From positions 1,170,001 to 1,202,000 of the forward strand of contig NC_008578.1 of assembly GCF_000015025.1 (NCBI RefSeq): 32,000 nt of DNA. Reading direction: 5' to 3'. The stretch is from Acidothermus cellulolyticus 11B (GTDB lineage: Bacteria > Actinomycetota > Actinomycetes > Acidothermales > Acidothermaceae). Positions within the stretch are counted from its first letter, which is position 1, and each line of letters opens with the position of its first letter. The position numbers were made by a program, and so were the translations under genes. The notes beneath the pieces are model-generated. The model searched no databases. It saw only the letters and a list, made by a program, of their open reading frames with translations, and had not been told where the DNA came from. This document shows positions 31,862 through 32,000 of this stretch, piece after piece.

Positions 31862-32000
31862 CCGGTCTAGGCGGGCCGCCAAGCCGGTCTGGCCGACGCA
31901 ACCGCTCACCGGCCGGATCACGGCGAGGAGGCCCGCGCGGGTGAGCCAACCGGGTGAGCCCGGGCACCTTTGGCGCCGCTTCAGCGGGAAGCGTTCTCTA

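Noticed and set aside
31941-32000. Possible plus-strand CDS start (GTG 31941, with GAGGAGG 9 nt upstream; MSQPGEPGHLWRRFSGKRSL...)
   Set aside because: Only 20 codons are visible before the window ends and there is no recognisable motif. It is plausible, but not supportable as a feature.

Overview
High-GC (actinobacterial-type) chromosomal core region, almost fully coding. The backbone is the conserved his-trp-lgt-glt-pyk-pdtaR-liv block, in the same order as M. tuberculosis Rv1600-Rv1626: hisC(partial)-hisB-hisH-priA/hisA | hisF-hisI-trpE-(Trp-region membrane protein)-trpC-trpB-trpA-lgt-VIT1 | gltB-gltD | pyk | tRNA(-) | pdtaR | livKHMGF. Many junctions are 1-8 nt stop/start overlaps. trpD, trpG and trpF are absent, as expected where PriA doubles as TrpF. 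The one accessory segment (about 2.3-9.8 kb) sits between hisA and hisF. On the minus strand it holds five overlap-coupled genes: a LytS-type histidine kinase, a LytTR response regulator, a DUF485 protein, a 54-aa zinc-ribbon ORF and an SSS (ActP/MctC-like) symporter. Divergent from these are a GPR1/FUN34/YaaH (SatP-like) channel and an AMP-forming acetyl-CoA synthetase. Points worth a second look: (1) the zinc-ribbon micro-ORF, which is missing from the ORF track; (2) an in-frame TAG splitting the kinase ATPase domain; (3) four helically phased direct repeats (period 21-22 bp, two identical 10-mers) in the divergent promoter region, matching LytTR operator geometry; (4) a 73-nt tRNA whose anticodon reads CAA (Leu) by hand-folding but whose body is class I (5-nt variable loop). 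I saw no transposase, integrase, CRISPR array or rRNA. The very long antisense ORFs in the track are high-GC artefacts. All calls rest on reading the translations and sequence by eye; no searches were run.
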